Below are positions 60,463 through 64,000 of a DNA stretch of 64,000 bases, one piece after another; positions within the stretch are counted from its first letter, which is position 1, and every line of letters starts with the position of its first letter. The position numbers were made by a program, and so were the translations under genes. Under the pieces are notes generated by a model. It did no database searches. It was not told where the DNA came from and saw nothing but the letters and a program-made list of their open reading frames with translations. Origin of the DNA: Promethearchaeota archaeon (GTDB taxonomy: Archaea > Asgardarchaeota > Lokiarchaeia > Sigyniarchaeales > SOKP01). The stretch is taken from contig JAUVNS010000005.1 in NCBI GenBank assembly GCA_030599585.1, positions 256,001-320,000 of the forward strand, read 5' to 3'.

Positions 60463-60622
60463 AAAATATCAACTTATTTATATTTTGGTCGTTATTAAAA
60501 AAAAATAAAGATTTATTCGTCAATCCCTAATATTTTAAGGGCTTTTTAGTTATGTTTAATGCGTAAACTTGTCTATAAATAAAAATGGGGTGTTGTTAAT
60601 TACTAAATCACTTACATAGTTT

Positions 60623-60943
60623 TTATCCTTCAAGTACTTTAACCATTGTTTCGTTAGTGGGTTTTTCTTGTATCCCTAAAAAATATAGAATGTAGTGCAT
60701 TAATTCGTGATTAACGGTGGCAATCCATTTGTTTATGTCCAAGTCAGTCTTTCCACCCAGAAGCATAATAAGGTTGTTTTCAGGCTTTACAACTCCGTTG
60801 TATTTTTTAGGGGAATAACTGTAACCCGCAGAATCGAACTTAAATATTACAAACTCGTCGGTGTTGCGATCTTCTTCTTTTAATTCGTAAGGAATAATAT
60901 CGATGTTTTCAATTTCTATTGCTTTCTCATTTTCTTCAGTCAA
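60623..60943 (-). CDS. small HExxH zincin-like protein
   Basis: TVNHELMHYIL...NE; AGGTGA upstream of TTG. Confidence 0.6.
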   Translation of the reverse strand: MTEENEKAIEIENIDIIPYELKEEDRNTDEFVIFKFDSAGYSYSPKKYNGVVKPENNLIMLLGGKTDLDINKWIATVNHELMHYILYFLGIQEKPTNETMVKVLEG

Positions 60944-60957
60944 ATATGTTCACCTTG

Positions 60958-61914
60958 CTAGTATGTGCAAAATTTCTGGAATGGACAAATATCACACTTG
61001 GAATCTATCTTCTTACTGTTGCAAATTCCCATAATTCCCAACCTCGAAAGGTATAAATCTGCCCATAGCTTGTTTTGAGGGCTTATAAGTCTAAGGAAAT
61101 CTGAATACCTTGTTACATCTGCCCATTTGCAACCATACTCTCGGTCAAATATCCCGACTCGCTTAAGAACCCGTTTTACCGTAACATCTACCGGTGGTAG
61201 TAAGTCGTTGTGAGGGATAAAAGTCCATAGGTGTAGGTCTGGATCGAGTCCAACAACCCATCGAAAAAAGAGTAAATATCGTTTAAAACACTTCTGAGAT
61301 GTTAGTTTAGGAGTTCCGAATATTCGAGGTTCACCGCGAAAACTCTCGACAAATTTTACAACGAACTCAACGAAATTTTTTGACTCCTGATAGAGTTTTT
61401 TTGCGTTCTTTTCAAAAGATTGGTTCTCGTTTATAATTACTTTTAGCGTTTGTAAAATATATATGAGCTGGTATGTTTTTAAAATTCTGTGATGGCTCCA
61501 ACCGATTTGATTCACCTTTTTTCCGTCTTTACTTACCCATTGCCACTTAAAATTTGTGAGAAGAATTTTTTTTGAATGAACGTCGCTATTAAGAAAAGCG
61601 ATAAAATCTCCATCGTACAAAGTTATAATCGAATTGGCAATACCGTCTAACAAGGGGATCATAAACTTTTGGACTTTCACGGAAAAATTGATAATAGAGC
61701 AGAAAAAGGCCCATGCATCTCTACCGTTGTCTTCAGAAATTTTTTTAGTGCAGGATAGCACGCTGGTTTTTTCGGGGCTTATTCCTTGCGTTTTGGTGTG
61801 TTGCTCGACAAAAGAAACTAAATCGGTTCTTATAGTTATAAGTAGTTTTTCTAAGTTTTCCACGTTGGAAAATTTAGCCTTTACATCTTCAAGAGGTATT
61901 TCTTGCGAACTCAA
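60958..61914 (-). CDS. DUF2400-like HhH-GPD superfamily protein with EndoIII-type 4Fe-4S motif
   Basis: KRYLLFFRWVV, DLHLW, PVDVTVKRVLKRVG, C-x7-CDICPFQKFC. Confidence 0.75.
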   Translation of the reverse strand: MSSQEIPLEDVKAKFSNVENLEKLLITIRTDLVSFVEQHTKTQGISPEKTSVLSCTKKISEDNGRDAWAFFCSIINFSVKVQKFMIPLLDGIANSIITLYDGDFIAFLNSDVHSKKILLTNFKWQWVSKDGKKVNQIGWSHHRILKTYQLIYILQTLKVIINENQSFEKNAKKLYQESKNFVEFVVKFVESFRGEPRIFGTPKLTSQKCFKRYLLFFRWVVGLDPDLHLWTFIPHNDLLPPVDVTVKRVLKRVGIFDREYGCKWADVTRYSDFLRLISPQNKLWADLYLSRLGIMGICNSKKIDSKCDICPFQKFCTY

Positions 61915-62759
61915 TAGACTTTTCCCTCCTTCATCGTTTTAATTGCGTCCATTGGATACATAGGCAAAAAACCTTCGAAATATTGGTTTTTAAGGGCGAC
62001 TGGCATTTTCTCGCTTTGGAATATGGGGTTTTTCTTGCTGGAATTAATCTTCTTGATTACGGTGATATACTCCCAGAACTTGCGATTAGTATATCTTCCC
62101 CTAGCCTTGATGTGTTTCTCTAGAGACACGGGTTTTAATTCGGGCTTGATTTTGTTGTTCTCCAAGTTTAAAACGACTTCTTTAAAGTTTTTAGCTGAAG
62201 TAGAATACCCTTTCACCCCACCTTCTGGAATCTCGTAGATTAGCTTAAACGGTTTTCTTGCCCTTTCAAGTGCTTGTCTTAAGATAAAATAATGGTGAGT
62301 TCCTCCAATGTAGTAAATGTATTTACGTTTATGTTGCTTTCTTTTCACGATATTGAGCCAATTGGCTAATCTAATGGTAAATTCTGTCTCGTCTTGGATG
62401 GTTAAATCTTCGGGTGGGACGTTATAATCGGGGTGCTGTCCTTCTAAAGCGTATGGTACGATTGTAAGCGGTTCTGAAATTACTACTCGCTCAAAATCTT
62501 CGCATCGAGTAATTGCAGATAAAAATTGGTGGGTCGTACTGTGAGAAAACATCTTCTTACCGTATTTAGCACGAGTTTTGTTTGCACTAGCACAAGGAAG
62601 GCACACTAAAGGTTTTTTCTTGTGTGGAAGCCAATTTACTGCGTAGTTATACCACAATGTGTTTGCGACGGTAAAAAAAGATTGGTTGAACCCTGGCATT
62701 TCGGGTTTTTTCTTTAAGTTGTGTTTTTTTGGTCCTGTGATTTTTGTTTGATGACTCAT
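61911..62759 (-). CDS. ArcS/DUF5591-like protein (archaeosine-synthase-related domain)
   Basis: LPCASANK...FSHSTTH...VVISEPLTIVPYALE..HPDYNVPP. Confidence 0.7.
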   Translation of the reverse strand: MSHQTKITGPKKHNLKKKPEMPGFNQSFFTVANTLWYNYAVNWLPHKKKPLVCLPCASANKTRAKYGKKMFSHSTTHQFLSAITRCEDFERVVISEPLTIVPYALEGQHPDYNVPPEDLTIQDETEFTIRLANWLNIVKRKQHKRKYIYYIGGTHHYFILRQALERARKPFKLIYEIPEGGVKGYSTSAKNFKEVVLNLENNKIKPELKPVSLEKHIKARGRYTNRKFWEYITVIKKINSSKKNPIFQSEKMPVALKNQYFEGFLPMYPMDAIKTMKEGKVY

Positions 62760-62762
62760 AAT

Positions 62763-63380
62763 TTAAAATTCTCCCTCGCTGCTTGTTTTAATTTGGATAG
62801 GAATTTGTAATTGAGATGATTGCGATTCAAAGTTCCAAATACACTTGTTTTTGTTCTGGTAATGACAAAAATAACATGTTCGGGGATAATTATCTTCACC
62901 TTTGGAATAAACGCACTCAGCAACTCGAAATTTAGACAAATCTTCTAAGGTTTGAGGTCTTGTTAGTTCGTTGAGCTTGGCTATAAGAGAATAGTAGCCA
63001 AATATCCCTTTTTTATCGAATACTATCGAACATTTAGAATCTAGAATAGGCGAAATTACCTCTCGATACTTTTTCCCTAAGATAACTATAACCGTGTCGT
63101 AGGCTTTGTGTAGTTCCACGAGTCGATATAGACACTTTTCTTGCACTCGTTTGACGTCGGCTTTGGTACTGATTTTCATGTCGTAGGGATCGACCAGATC
63201 GTCCATAGTGAGCAAACCATACTTACCCGACAATATTCTTTGGTCAAATTCGTGCAGTTCTGAGAATTTCCTCACCATGCGAAAGAGTTGTCCGATATAA
63301 AATTCTCTGGCTGGGGCGGGGTGGGATAGCTTACTCTGAGAACAGCCATTGATTACCAAAACTTTGCGTAAACCCTCCAT
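62763..63380 (-). CDS. DUF6884-like protein with C-terminal Cys cluster
   Basis: GCSQSK..PAPAREFYIGQLF, ILSGKYGLL, PYD. Confidence 0.75.
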   Translation of the reverse strand: MEGLRKVLVINGCSQSKLSHPAPAREFYIGQLFRMVRKFSELHEFDQRILSGKYGLLTMDDLVDPYDMKISTKADVKRVQEKCLYRLVELHKAYDTVIVILGKKYREVISPILDSKCSIVFDKKGIFGYYSLIAKLNELTRPQTLEDLSKFRVAECVYSKGEDNYPRTCYFCHYQNKNKCIWNFESQSSQLQIPIQIKTSSEGEF

Positions 63381-63563
63381 AATACATCTTAAACAGAAGA
63401 TTTCGGTATTAAATACCGTCCGGTTGACAATTTTCTAATTTGTGGTAAAATTATAGAAAAAACTTTGAAAACAGAAAAATTTAAAATGGTATTTAAGCAA
63501 ATTAAGGCTGAAATTGCACGGGTGGATAATAATAAAGAAAAGAAATTACGATAAAATTTTGGT

Positions 63564-64000
63564 TTATTGGGGGTTAAAAAAATAATCGATTCGAGAAGGT
63601 TTTTGAGGTCTATCAGGATTAATTTCTTTGGAAAAATGAATAGTATAAATCTTTTTGTGAGAAGCGTAGAGAAGTTTAACAATTTCTAAGGTGTAAATGT
63701 TTTGAATCTCGGCGTATTGTTTTTTTCTGCGAAGTAATTTAAAGATGGGGATCGGTTCGATTTTTCCATAAGGGGTGTAATAGAACGGGGGGTGATGGTT
63801 GTGAGGATCGTCATCGTAATAAAAATTTCTTGAAGGGCAAAGGTAATAATCTTCCAAAGCGTCGTTTACTCTCCTTCGGGCGTAATTTCTGTAAAATACA
63901 CCAAGTTTACTGTCGTAATAATCTCTAAAATAAAAATAATCCTTCGGGGTTATGTCGGTTTCGTTGATTTCTAAAGAATTTTTCTCTCTTGTAAAAAGTC
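63564..64000 (-). CDS. hypothetical protein, 5'-partial
   Basis: Frame of the 63564..63857 ORF stays open to the window edge. Confidence 0.6.
   Translation of the reverse strand, partial: LFTREKNSLEINETDITPKDYFYFRDYYDSKLGVFYRNYARRRVNDALEDYYLCPSRNFYYDDDPHNHHPPFYYTPYGKIEPIPIFKLLRRKKQYAEIQNIYTLEIVKLLYASHKKIYTIHFSKEINPDRPQKPSRIDYFFNPQ

Larger units (their letters stand above)
53695..64000 (-). mobile_element. tRNA-integrated element (provirus or integrative plasmid), left part; continues beyond window
   Basis: att-like tRNA fragment; switch to co-oriented short hypothetical genes; ArdC-like, PCNA-like and DNA-modification-like genes; repeat array. Confidence 0.85.

Noticed and set aside
419-62238. 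Many short antisense ORFs in the ORF track (e.g. 419..634, 9679..10026, 47677..48048, 61634..61942)
   Set aside because: Nested opposite well-supported genes with no motifs; shadow frames
59854-63380. Canonical dnd phosphorothioation or dpd 7-deazaguanine system
   Set aside because: No dndBCDE, dpdA/TGT or preQ0 synthesis genes in the visible sequence
63389-63682. 97-aa ORF
   Set aside because: Overlaps the 63564 ORF in another frame, has atypical composition and no motif

Overview
Low-GC archaeal chromosome window. Gene content points to an Asgard archaeon, most likely Lokiarchaeia (inferred from SRP19, S8e, proteasome beta plus JAMM, archaeal histone, Ftr, many acyl-CoA ligases and FAD/Fe-S oxidoreductases, and longin-, PCI- and UEV-like proteins). 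Positions 1-53.6 kb are host genes. They include a tRNA-Pro(GGG) with a non-canonical intron and an unusual six-gene ABC-2 operon with a prenyltransferase-like barrel-ABC fusion, a UEV/RWD-like dead-ATPase fusion and a longin-TM protein. They also include a 1470-aa barrel/winged-helix/coiled-coil membrane protein, three genes that appear to need AUA/AUU starts, a structured intergenic RNA candidate and a short dispersed repeat flanking accessory genes. At 53.7 kb an isolated tRNA 3' half (att-like, probably His) opens an integrated element that runs off the window end with all genes on the minus strand. The element carries an ArdC-like protein, a HAD phosphatase, its own extended PCNA beside a helically phased ~20-copy repeat array, and a candidate DNA base-modification cluster (DUF6884-like, ArcS/DUF5591-like, DUF2400-like HhH/4Fe-4S, small HExxH protein, phosphorothioation-associated-type methyltransferase). 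All family assignments come from motif recognition by eye; no searches were run.
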